The translations under genes were made by a program, and so were the position numbers. Below the pieces are notes generated by a model. The model had not been told where the DNA came from, searched no databases, and saw only the letters and a program-made list of their open reading frames with translations. A stretch of 47,206 bases of DNA, the filler included, from Sphacelaria rigidula (Eukaryota): NCBI GenBank assembly GCA_964200075.2. It is 2 parts of 2 records of this genome, joined end to end, with 100 filler letters (N's around TTAATTAATTAA, not from the genome) between each part and the next. Parts side by side here need not be neighbours in the genome. Positions count along the whole stretch, not along the records: positions 1 to 23,571 come from CAXNAA020000257.1; positions 23,672 to 47,206 come from CAXNAA020000258.1. The stretch is one strand, 5' to 3'. Shown here one piece after another: positions 22,811 through 34,300 of the stretch (position 1 is its first letter; every line of letters starts with the position of its first letter).

Positions 22811-23571
22811 TCTCAACAAGCTTTCGAAAATGAAGAATGTCGCAGGGTGGCGTGAAGCTGAAGGGGTTTGTGGAGTGTACTGTTTTAAGAGGAAGTATAA
22901 TTGTCCCGCTTGCACGGGAGCGTTCACACGTAATCTTAGTTGGACATAAAAGTATAGGGGGGTGAAATGAGCGTCATCAACATCTGCGGCTTGCATGTTG
23001 GATCAGGTGTAATTTCGGCGAGCAAATAAACACTCAATGTTATGTGTGTGTTGTACGGTAGTTGAATCTTTGGTGTGTTTCTGGCAGGGGTCGTGGTGTG
23101 TGGTGCTCTTCAGGTTTTCCAATACTGAGATATATTCTTGCTCACCATGCCGATATGTACGAGATCGCGCGCCACATGACCGATACATCCGAAACCGTAT
23201 TTTGCACGTTCAAACGAAAGTGCCTGGCATTTTTGTCGTAAAACCCTTCCGCAATACGACTACATCGTTGTTGTTCAGTTGGGCATTTTCTGCCGATGTT
23301 TGCCGGCGTGTTTCCCCCATCTGCACATGTTCTTGTTCACTAAATCACGTTCCCAATTATATCTTCGTTGCACTCCATACACCTATCCTGCCGCCGGTAA
23401 CCCTTCGTCTACGAACACATTTGAACAATCACCACAGGAGGGTTCGAAGGTGAAAAATATACAAAATGCTCGCAATAGTGGTATACCGTAGAATACGCTC
23501 TAAATAACCGGTCTTTAGTATACTACTCCCCTTCCCCCCCCCCAAACCCACCCACCCCCCCCACCCCCAAC

Positions 23572-23671
23572 NNNNNNNNNNNNNNNNNNNNNNNNNNNNN
23601 NNNNNNNNNNNNNNNTTAATTAATTAANNNNNNNNNNNNNNNNNNNNNNNNNNNNNNNNNNNNNNNNNNNN
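23572..23671. other. Artificial scaffold/contig spacer (assembly artefact)
   Basis: 44 N, then TTAATTAATTAA (23616-23627, stop codons in all six frames), then 44 N, totalling exactly 100 bp. Confidence 0.95.
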
Positions 23672-23784
23672 CTAGACTACTGACAAGTCAGCGCTGACTT
23701 GTCAGTAGTCTAGTAGGTTGTCTCTTAAACCGTCACAGAACACAAAAAACTAACACCAAGGTCGACACGAAATTCGGCAAACAT

Positions 23785-25541
23785 ATCAACACGTGGGCAG
23801 AGGCAAATGTAGAGACGCCGAAACGGGAGGATGGTGGCCCGAAAGAATTGAAAAGAAAATTTAACAGAGATAAAGTGAAGGAGTGCGTAGCTGAACTCAA
23901 GAACAGAAAAGCAGCTGGGGCAGACGAAGTAGTGAATGAATTTCTCAAGTACGGGGGAGAGGGAATGATTACAATGGTGGTTATGATGTATGACTGGATC
24001 TGGGAAACCGAGCACACGCCCAAAAGGTGGAGAGAAGGAGTAGTAGTCAACCTTTTCACGAAAGGAGACAAGGCTGACCCAGGGAATTAAAGAGAAATAA
24101 CGCTACTGAGCACGGTAGGGAAAGCGTTCTGTAAGATTCGGAATGCTAGAGTAGGAACAATGCTAGAAAAGGAAGAGAAAATCAGCGAGAGGCGAGCAGG
24201 GTTTAAATCAAGCCGTAGTTGCGTATACCATGTGTACACACTAGGTACGAATACTCAGGGTAGGAAAGACACCGGGCTGACAACGTACTGTTTCTTTCTG
24301 GACGTACAAAACTCTCATAACACAGTATGGAGAAATGGGCTGTGGAAAAAGTTGTGGGAAACTGGGATGAGAAGAAAGATGTGGAGAATGGTGAAGAAGA
24401 TGACAGAATGTGCCAAAAGTGCTATGATGCTAGACGGGGAACAATCGAAATATTTTGATGTTTTACAAAGAGTTGCACAAGGATGTACGTTATCACTCAC
24501 TCTATTGGAAGTATTCATTGATGACCTGATAATAGCAATAGAAACAGCAAAGCAATCAGCCAGGGTGGGGAAAGATATGATATCAGGATTGATGCTCGCG
24601 GATGATTTAGTGGATCACAAACACCATAAGGATTACATGAGCAAACACAGAAGGTGCTATAATACACTAGGAGATGGAGAGTAATAGCGAACGTTAACAA
24701 ATGCGCGGTACTCGTCTGTAACGAAGACAAGAAAAATCCCGTAGAGTTTAAATGGAAGCGGAGAGAAGAAGAACTGCCAATCGTAGACCAGTACACATAC
24801 CTTGGCGTAGAGATATAAAAAAAAAAATCTTGGGATGCACACATGAAAGAGTAATATAAAAGGGTAAGGCACAGATAGGCAGGATGGACGTGTTCCCCAG
24901 AGACTCGCATCTAGATACTAGGATTAAAATATGTATCCTGATGAACGTGATTGTACCAAAGCTGGAATATGCAGGAGGAGTATGGAAGGGGAACGTGAAG
25001 TTGGTGAAGAAGTTGGAAGCAGTACAGATGGCAACAGCTGAGAAAATACTTGGATGCTCGAAAGTGACGAGTAATACAGTTTTGAGAGCAGAGTTGGGAA
25101 TGCACTCAATAAAAACAGAGACATGGGGAAATTGCGATGGCAATATAGCGTAAAGAACATGCAAAGAAAGAGATTGCCCGCCATGAATAATAGGGCTATC
25201 TGGAAGAAAGTGACGAAAGGGCAGGCTGGAATATGCTGGGATAGAGGCGTTGAGAAAGTATGTAAGGGGATAGGAGGAAACCAAGACGAAATACTGTCCA
25301 TATGTGAAGGCGCGGGGTACAAGACAAAAGTAAGAGACGTGATAAAAGTGAAGGAGAAAGAAGCGCTCAGACGCAAAGTAGACGAGCAAGAACACCTGAA
25401 GATATACGGGTGGTTGAGAGAGGGGATAGGGATGGAAACATATTCGCATGACCCAATGGACGCGGCGAAACAACGGACACCTTGATTTCGAGTGGGGAGC
25501 TGGACCTGCCAAAACAAAGAAGAAGATATATCAGTAGTCGA
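23785..25541 (+). mobile_element. Decayed, 5'-truncated LINE (non-LTR) reverse transcriptase
   Basis: KAAGADEVVNEFLKYG, WREGVVVNLFTKGDKADPGN*REITLLS, AGFKSSRSC, FFLDVQ, QGCTLS, LMLADDLV and YTYLGV motifs across ORFs 23848-24090, 24160-24684, 24884-25153 and 25123-25485. There is an in-frame stop at 24088-24090 and several frameshifts. Confidence 0.92.
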
Positions 25542-25587
25542 GTACGCCCCCCTTATGAGCACCGAAATGTCGGAGGTATCTCTATTA

Positions 25588-25670
25588 CGTCTCGAAGGGG
25601 ATGTGTGGTCAATGGTCAGACGACTAAGGCAAGCAACAAATGAGCACGCCCCCCCTCCCCCGTCCTCCCC
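25588..25670. repeat. Partial copy of the ~173-bp repeat
   Basis: CGTCTCGAAGGGGATGTGTGGTCAATGGTCAGACGACTAAGGCAAGCAACAAATGAGCACGCCCCCCCTCCCC matches 18666-18740. Confidence 0.75.
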
Positions 25671-26143
25671 GCCCACACTATCGTAGGATGACTCTTCCCG
25701 CACCTCGTTCTTATACAACGACCCGTCCAAACGCTCCCGTGACGTTGCGCCGCTTGAACCGAGTATGTACACGTACGAGCTGGGCCAGCTGACAGTCATT
25801 TACGAGTGTATCCGGACCGGGCGGTGGGTAATCCGAAGCGTTGGGCGCTGCATTTTTCACACATAATTTTTATCATCACTACGCACAACCTTCCTGGGGG
25901 TGCCAACAAGAAAAGAAGAACCGACAGTTAGAGCGATTTGAAGTTTCTGCGAAGACTAGAAAAGTGCTATAAGTCCGTGAAAATAAAGAAACACGAGGGC
26001 ACCCCTAGTGTAGTTGTACGTCCTTGTGTGGAGGAGATCCTGGTGCAATTTCGGCCACAATTCCGGAAATTCGGCGCAGCATCCAACTTTTCGTGTGGAA
26101 CCGCTGCGCCCATTTAATCCAAGTGATCCAGGAGACTTCTGTT

Positions 26144-29100
26144 ATGAAAGTCACGAGTTCGAATCCAGACGGATTGTTTTTTGTTCCATCGGTGAGTTCA
26201 TACATTATGCAGTACATTTTGTATTTTATTTTTTCATTCAGCGGCGGTGCTGTGCGTTACCAGGATGATCTTCACGTCACACCGAAATACTCAAGTCGGA
26301 CTGAGTTGGTAAAGTTGAATAGCTATGGGTGTGACACGCAAATGTGAGATTTACTACTGGCCCAGCTCGTACCTTCTCAATGACATGTCGTCTGGCTCAA
26401 GCACTGTAATATATTCCCTCGTTCATCGCTACTTGGCTTCATCCACATCTGTTCAAGCAGTGGCCATGGAATCGAAAAAGAGACGACGATCATGCTACTA
26501 GTGACAGGGGATCTGTCGGCGGAAAGAGCAAAGGCGGTTTTCTGGGTATGCTCTCTTCAGCTCGCTCAGCGGTGTCAGCTGCTTCAATGGGCTGGACAAG
26601 TCGGGGAGACGACGACGTGAGAGAGTAGTCGATGGTCTCCGCTTTCAAACGTGTGCAATGCCAATAGGTAAATACCAATACCTTGGCAAAAAAAAGTCAA
26701 CATACAATCTCGATGCTATGGGGCGGTGGGATCGGCGGTGTTCTACACCTAGATGACGACAGGGATCACCACGGCCGTCATGATGGTGGGAAAGGTGTGC
26801 AGCGTGCACTGTAGACATCGGTGTCTTGTTCCACTACAATCCTTCTAGAGCACATGATCATTTGCAGGCGATTGCTGAAACAATCTATCGGTTGGTGCAA
26901 ACCGGTCCACTATAACCTGCAAATACTGTTCAAATATTCACGAGAAAATGATGATGAGAAAATGGCCCTCAGGATCATGGCGGATGCTGTGGTTTTGAAG
27001 TGCGGCTTTCTGCACCTCCTGGCGGATAGTCTAGCGACAAATATCATGAACTCAGGATAAAATACGCGTAACGCCAGTGCGATGTCACTAGTCTGGTGCT
27101 TTTGGTTCACTCAGGTGGCGTTGTTGCACGCAGGAAACTCCATCTCGTTTGTGAAGCACACCGGCTCCGGCTGTTGCTTTGTCTATCCGCCCGATCGCAG
27201 AGTCAGACGAGCAAAGTCAGCGTCCTGTCGTTGCTCTCCGGGGGCATTAAGTCAATGGCCTCGAAGGCACTAAAGCCGGCCACATGGTTTCAGTCGGTAC
27301 CACGGCCAGACCCGAGCGCGGAGGAGCAAGAAATATATGTGAGTTCGTTCAAATACTGCAAGAAGAACCGACTAACTTTAATCTTGTTCGAGAATTTTGT
27401 ACTCGTGTGTGCGCCGAATAGATTTCTTCATGCTTCAGCGGAATGTCTCACCACACACGATCCATACTCTGGCAAGAAAGTCGATCGGAGGATGCTCAGA
27501 TTGTTGAGTTTCAGAACAGCAGCCGATTTATTTTACCGTTGTTGCTGACCTAAAGCAGTACCGACATATCCGGCGACATATTTCCTAGGCTCTTTCCGAT
27601 ATATCAGCTTTGGACGACACCACCCACGGAGGACAATGTCGTACCGCCGAACCGACTGAGAATCGACTGTGGCGGCTCGTGAGAATGATCGTACATGGTG
27701 TACGTGGCGAGGCGCGCGGCTTGATGGGAACGGTTCAATATCGCTCGGCCAGGTAAAGCGTGCTGCGTGGGTGTTATTCAACGACAATGGAATACAATTT
27801 TTGACATTTAATTCTCCCGGTGGGCTGTGTCCTTGAACGTGTTGTACAGCAGGGTGAGGCACGACATCTTGTCTTTCTCCGGGAAGTGTTACACGTGCGT
27901 GGTGATACAAGGATGCACTCAGGTGGCGTCTTGGTAGCACGCATTCGAGACACCCAGATTAAGCTCTTGTCACCCAACGTTGACCTCACGAAACGGCACG
28001 CTAGCATAAACACGAGAAAGCGGTCTCTGCTTCTCACACCTTACTGTACTCTCTGTTGTCTTACCCATACCCGCTCACGGATGCAGGAGGTTGCAATGCT
28101 TTTTCAGACAAGCTCTAGCGAGGCGTGGGGTTGTAAGACGCCTAGCTGATGCATGCGCAGCTCGGCAAGCAGGGGAGGCGCTTCGTTTGCGACGCCGTCA
28201 GCGAGAGTTGAATGCTCTGAATCGCTACAAGAGCATATGCAGAGAAGAGGGACGAAGGTAAGGAAAATGAGATAGTTAAAGCGAGCAACATTCAACGAAA
28301 TGACCAGATGAGGAGACGGCATGATGGCGAGCGGAGTCACTTTCCACGACCCTGCAACAATTTTGTGACGGTGAAGGGTCGCAAGCCTTGGCCACGTCGG
28401 TGTCGTTCATTGACGCCGCCCCCCACCCCTCCTACCCTTTGTTCCAGGGTTATCGAATGGTCGGTCAAGTACTTCCTGCGGCCGTGGGCTGTCGTGGACA
28501 TCCAAAAAATATGGCGAGGGCACCGGTAAGTAGCATATCCGGTGACCCATGCCTCTATTTGTTGTGTTCAGGTGCGACGTGTTGTTATTCCGATAAGTAC
28601 GCTCACGCTTGCCACAAGACACATGTGCTCACTTGATGACAGTAAAATAGCTGCTAAAAGCGCCCGCTAGGTGATGCACCTGGTGCTCCTTTTGTATGCT
28701 TGTGATCGATCCATCCGAGCCAGGGCGCGAGTACGCCTTGCTGCGTACCTAAAATGGCTTGAGGACAGAGCTCGAAGGCGGCGGGAGTACGAACGATACT
28801 TAGCAGCCCTGGCGGCTCAGCGGGCGAGAGATGGAGGCCTCAGTGAGCAGGTGAAGCAAAAAACACTGTTTTGTATCTTCCGTTCTTGAGAGCATACGTG
28901 CCTCTTGTTTTGTCGAGGTTTCGCCAGCTTTCGGTAACGACACAAGCGCTTCCATACGGTCGTGGCACATGCAAGGGTGACTATTCTCGTTGTTAGTGGC
29001 TGTTGCGTCCGGAGCGCGGGGACGTGGGGACATACGAGAAGGGAGCGCAGAACAAGGGAGTGGGTCGTATGCGGGTATATGATCAAGGTGACACCATCCC

Positions 29101-30243
29101 AGATGGCGTATGTACTCAAGCGTCACATATGACGCCGTGGAGCGCGATTGAATGGCCGACGAGTACAAGTCCGACCGTTGTGTTCTTGGCCATACAGTAC
29201 ACCGACCTTCGACCCCGTCAAAAAAAGTGTGAGCGGCCACATTACGAGGTTTTATCACATCGCCTGCGCTAGTACAGTACGTCTATTTTCATTGTCCAAC
29301 GTTGGCATCGTCAAGATTCGAGAACCAGTGGCATCGCCGTGAGTGCACTTGAAACACATGAGGCAAGCATGAAAGAAAATCATTTGTTTTTCAACTCTCT
29401 GGCCTCGCTCATGGTTATTTTCCATCGGTGTCATGTATCTTCCCCAAGGTGAAGCGAAGGGTGTGGGGACGCGTCGACTTCCAACACACGGGATGGAGAC
29501 CTCGATACGAAGTGGAAAACCCGCCGTTGATGGCCGACCACATCTGGACTCCGCCGCGAGGCAACACGTCGGGTAAACTTGTGACTCCCGTGCACGGCTT
29601 GCGACGAATGTGTCGTAAAACACACACACACACACCATTTTTTGTCATCAAACGAGTACAGCAGTTGATGTTTGTCAAGTCGCAGTTACGATCATCCCCT
29701 AAATTCTCCCAACGACCGGGCCAGTGTCCCCATGTTCCCTGCGATCCTAACTGCACGCTGTCTGGAGAAAGTTCAAACTTGCACGGTAGAAGGTTGACTC
29801 TAACTGAGTGTTTAGCATGAACCGGAGCTCCCATTCTCGGAATCCTTTGTGCAAGATGTTCAGCCCGTCAACCTCTCCCAACCCCGCCATCTTCACCTGC
29901 TCCCCATGCCCCTGATTCCGGCGCTGTATCTCCAGGAGTTAGAACGCTCAAGTATATTCTTCCACCGCGCTCCGAACGCGAGAGACAAGGCCTTACGACC
30001 GACAAAAACGCGTGGGTTGGTGTGCCGGTCGGCATTGCTAAGCGTCGCCCCCCACAAGCGCCACTCGGACCCTCGCCGAGACCCGGAACATCTACAGCCA
30101 AGAACAGTTCGCGCCGGTCTAGAGCCCGGGATCCGGGTGCAGGGGGCAAGTCGGAGCATTGCGTTGCTTTGAAATACAACTGGCTGCCGGCGTCCGTCGT
30201 GGCTGAGGTTAGGCTCCTTCAGACACCCATCAACAATCAGTAG
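26144..30243 (+). CDS. Uncharacterised multi-exon protein with an IQ (calmodulin-binding-type) motif and an Arg-rich helix
   Basis: Phase-compatible GT-AG exons: 26144-26191, 26264-26308, 26461-26616, 27201-27338, 27589-27752, 28108-28257, 28448-28525, 28724-28850, 28997-29107, 29449-29572, 29936-30243. Splicing 28525 to 28724 gives VDIQKIWRGHRARVRL (IQxxxRGxxxR). The first and last exons are the least certain. Confidence 0.68.
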
Positions 30244-30340
30244 TAGTAGGGAGGACTTGGATCGTTGGGGTATCGATGCGGGTCCAACTGGCGAGAAGAT
30301 GCATGGGCATGCAAACACCGTCCGAAAAATGAAAAACACG

Positions 30341-30706
30341 ACCGCCCCGGTGGCTCAGTTGGTAACCTCGAAACCTTCTGACGGTTGGGTCGTTGGTTCA
30401 AATCTCGGAGCGATCTGGGATTCTTTCTCATACAATGCCCAACAGTGGACAGCGACTATGTCGTCGGTACACAAAATTCGACTTCATGGTCAACGAGGGA
30501 AAGGGACTGCTGAACTCCTCTCGCGATAAAAAATAAAGGCAAGCACCGCAGAAGGAAGGTGGAGAACTACGACAAACAAAAAATAGAAATAAACCCTGTG
30601 TTGGCCTTCCTCCTGTATGACCCCGCCTGGTGCGCCCACATATACCGAAAGGTGTAGACCGGCGTCCAGAATAGAAAGAGCGACAACACACACAACACAC
30701 AAACAC
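30341..30706 (+). mobile_element. tRNA-derived SINE, apparently full length, with a CA/CAA-rich tail
   Basis: A-box TGGCTCAGTTGG (30351-30362) and B-box GGTTCAAATCT (30395-30405). The 3' end matches window positions 1-68. AAACAC on both flanks may be a TSD. Confidence 0.78.
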
Positions 30707-31346
30707 TGCGCGCAAATTTTCTAAACCGGCAGAGCTAAGGAAGGTGCAGCACGATGATCCAGCCTCCGACAGAGTACGAATCCATGCCGCCGCCCACCGC
30801 ACGGCATGCGGTGCATTGTTCACTGTGCCATGCTGCTCGTTCGGAATGTCTCCGATGTTTCTGGGGCACGCTTTCGGCTATTTGTGATTTCCGTTCATCA
30901 GCGGGTTTCGTTCCTTGACATTGTCAAATCGCGCCAACGACTGGTGGGATAGGTTTCAGAATAGGGATGATCTAGGCACAACGGCGTCGATGCTCGGGAC
31001 ATGTAAGTCAAGCATAAAAAGGCGTAGTGGCGTTACATTTCAATAAGTTTGCTGCGCCTACAGCAACCGCTGAGGAGTTCATAAATCCTTCCACTCCTCA
31101 CCGTTTTTCTGGAGGCGTCTTCGAGTCCTTGTCTTTACGAGCACTATCTACACTCATCCTGCAGGACTGTTTACCGAGGCCTCCCTCACAAGGAAAGGTC
31201 CCTGGGAATATTTTGCTATCGGGGTATTCTTTGCCATGCTGCACTAAGTAGAGAGCGCGGCGAGCTCTATCACAATAATATGCTGACACAAAAAAGCACG
31301 TACTGCAATGGCTCACGGGCAACATACTTTCTCACAATATTGCTGC

Positions 31347-34300
31347 CTAGTACGTGGCCGGTGCCACAAAATGCTGACCCTGTGACAACCGCCGACTGTT
31401 GCGAGATATGTCACCATCTTCAGTGACAGCAATTTGGCTATTAGCCCCGATGCCGCCTTCAGCCTCCGCTTCTTTCAGTGCCAACCCGTGCCGCCTGTCT
31501 CCGCCACCAACCACCTCGGCAATAACACCACCGCTGTCCCGCAACGGTTCCGGGGACCCTTCCTGATGCCCCTCTTTGGTGAAAGCGTTGGCTGTATTGA
31601 TTGGATGCATTCTGGGGAACGGGGTTTGTCCCCCTATCGACAGACTACACCCAGTCTCCGCGGCTCGGTGCTGCTCGTTGTCCTCCTGAGAATCGTCGTC
31701 TACCGGCATCACGGGCGGAAACACCATCCCACTTCCTTCCGACGCGGCATAGCCACCGACATCATCATCATCGCCACCCTCACCACCATTTCGGGGCGTC
31801 ATAGATGGTGCGGATCCCAAATCATCATCTCTCGACTCTCTTCCCTCATATTTTGTCCCCGTCGCCTTTGCTGCGCCGCTTCTCTCCCATTCGGCAACCC
31901 TCATCCCTCCCCACGTGTCTGCAGCAACTTGCCATCTAGACGCGGATACCTCGATGTCGCGAAGAGTAGGTGCCAATGGAGGACGACCCGACTTCTCGCG
32001 CGGAGGTGACGACGCTTGCGACTGAGGTTGAGGAGCTGTGTTGTTGTCGCAGCTCCCTGCGATATCATGGGATCGCGCAAGTGGAGCCGGTGACGCCCAC
32101 TCGAGGGGCGGCATGCCCATACCAGTACGGATCGAATCCACCGCGACCCTGACCGCTGGAGGCATGGATACGGTGGGCACGGCTGCAGATACCCCCTCGA
32201 GCAAGAGTGTCTGCAAAGTGCGAACCTGTGTTTGTGTATTTCGGGAGGGGGGGGGGGCATGTGTATGTGGGGTTGGTTCCTGGATGGCGTGTTGCTGTGT
32301 AGTAGGATTGTTTGAGATGTGCACAGCTATTCTGAGAGCGTGCCGTACTTCTGGACACCAAAAGTCCACCTAAAATAGTGAAAGGGGACCACGGCACACG
32401 AAAAGAGGCAACAAGTACCCATCTTCTTAGGGTTGACGTACTTGCTGCTGTTGACTTTTGCCGCTGCAGTCCTTGTCTGCTTTGATTGAGTAGTGTATTG
32501 TTCCCGGCGTCCTTGTGGGGTAAGAACTCTGTCGAAAACTGTTCCGGCGGTACTTACGCACCCATCCCTGCGTGGAGTGCAATGAAAATATATCACATTT
32601 GCTGGACTCAACACACCTGACGATTCAGCCCCTCTTCGGCGGCCAGCACTGTTCCTATCAAGCCAGTCTGCTCTCCGGATGATGCTTCGGCATTTTCCGT
32701 CTGCACCGTGGTCAACGGGGAAAAGGAAGGACTTGGCACCATACTCTTCTTCTGATGAATATGAACATGCGGTGCGAATTTTCTTCCGAAACATCCTGTG
32801 ATAACACATTTCGAAAATGCTCGGCGGTCTGCAGAACAGAACTTGCGCCAAGTACGGCAATAACCACGAGAGTAACACTCCAAGACAAGACAAGACCAGA
32901 CCAGACCAGACCAGACTTAATATCTGAAACAATTGTTTCGACGAATTTCACTCTGGTGAACGGAGGTCTGTCGCTTTCTGCACGTGTGTGCACTCACTTC
33001 GAAAGGCGCAGCTGTCGATCGGACGGTCCTGCTCCTGGATGGCTCCTGCCTGTGGCTCTTCATATCGTCTAGACAGGCTCTCAGTTCGGCGTACCCACCG
33101 GAAAACAGCTCCGCCTGTGTCTCAGCCGCCTTAAAGCGCACGCGATAACCGGCATGGTGGACAGCGGGAGCTGAGCGATGATGTTATCTACTACGAGATT
33201 GGTGAAGCCGATCGCTGTTGAAACAACTGGGGGCGGGGGGGGTAGTCCCCGACGATAACCAAGGAAAAAAGAAACGAGTACGATTGGAGGGGGGAAACGC
33301 ATGGGCACATCTACCAGCTCTTACCCGCCGAAGCCCGTCTCTTTCAGCCTCCAGCTTCTTGACTTCTAGTTTCAATTTTTCTATCCTAGAAACCTTTGAG
33401 GACATCTGCACTCGTAGCAGAGGCGAGGGAAAACGTCCGACAGTGACACGAGGTGGGGGTGACGGGCGTGATGCTTTTTGCGTTTGCAGACCAGAGCTAA
33501 TGAGCCAATGCGAGTATGATTGTACTTTTTTGTGATCACATGTCCCTGCGAACTAGCACAGCATTTGGGCCGACTTCACAGGAGGGCGTCGTTCAATTGT
33601 TCTGCTTGTTTGGGCAAACAGCATGGTTGCTACCAAAATCATCGCCGAGCATATTTTCCTCAGTAACCGCGCCTACATCTACATTTACAAGGCAATCGGG
33701 ACAATATTCTAGCCTCAAGTATACCGAATTTGAATCTCAAAGGGTCGATTATTTATGCCACAGCAACTCAAACCGATGTGATACACACCTCCGCATCGTG
33801 TCTGCGTCGAAGCTCACTTTTCTCCAGCTCCGTCCTCTCCCGTAACCTGTCTCACGATAGGCGGCAGTGCGACAGATCTCAAGCCAAGCAGTTTCGGGTA
33901 CGGTGTGGCCTTGTTCAGAACTAAAGAAAATGGGGTTTCAGGACTCTCCCACCATACACTGCAACGAATGGGTTTGCCTTGTGCCAACCAACCCAACGGT
34001 CAGAAACGTATCTGACTCAGTTCCCTCATCTTTGCATCATGCCCGCAACTGCGTTTCGAGGATAGGACTGATTCGATTTTCTGCTTTTGCTGAACATATT
34101 CAGCTCGTGGTGCGTCGCAAGGAGGGAAAGAAGAATAGTTGCGAGATTGGGCAATTCCCACTACTTCAGGAGCACTCACTGAGACGGAGGTGTCGACCCC
34201 GAAATATGAGTAAATACTTGATGAACCCCCGAACCTCTGATCCCTGCGACATCATCAGTTGTCCTATTTGTTTTGGTGGGATCGAGAAGTGCCAATGCCC

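Noticed and set aside
23616..23627. TTAATTAATTAA island inside the Ns
   Set aside because: It is a synthetic six-frame-stop linker, not biological sequence.
24748..25799. Long minus-strand ORFs (254 and 291 aa)
   Set aside because: They are antisense shadows of the purine-rich LINE RT remnant, with no protein motifs.
29849..30172. ORF ...ELERSSIFF... as the terminal exon of the IQ gene
   Set aside because: It is phase-compatible, but including the 29449-29572 exon shifts the frame to a more protein-like reading that ends at 30243. This is not fully excluded.
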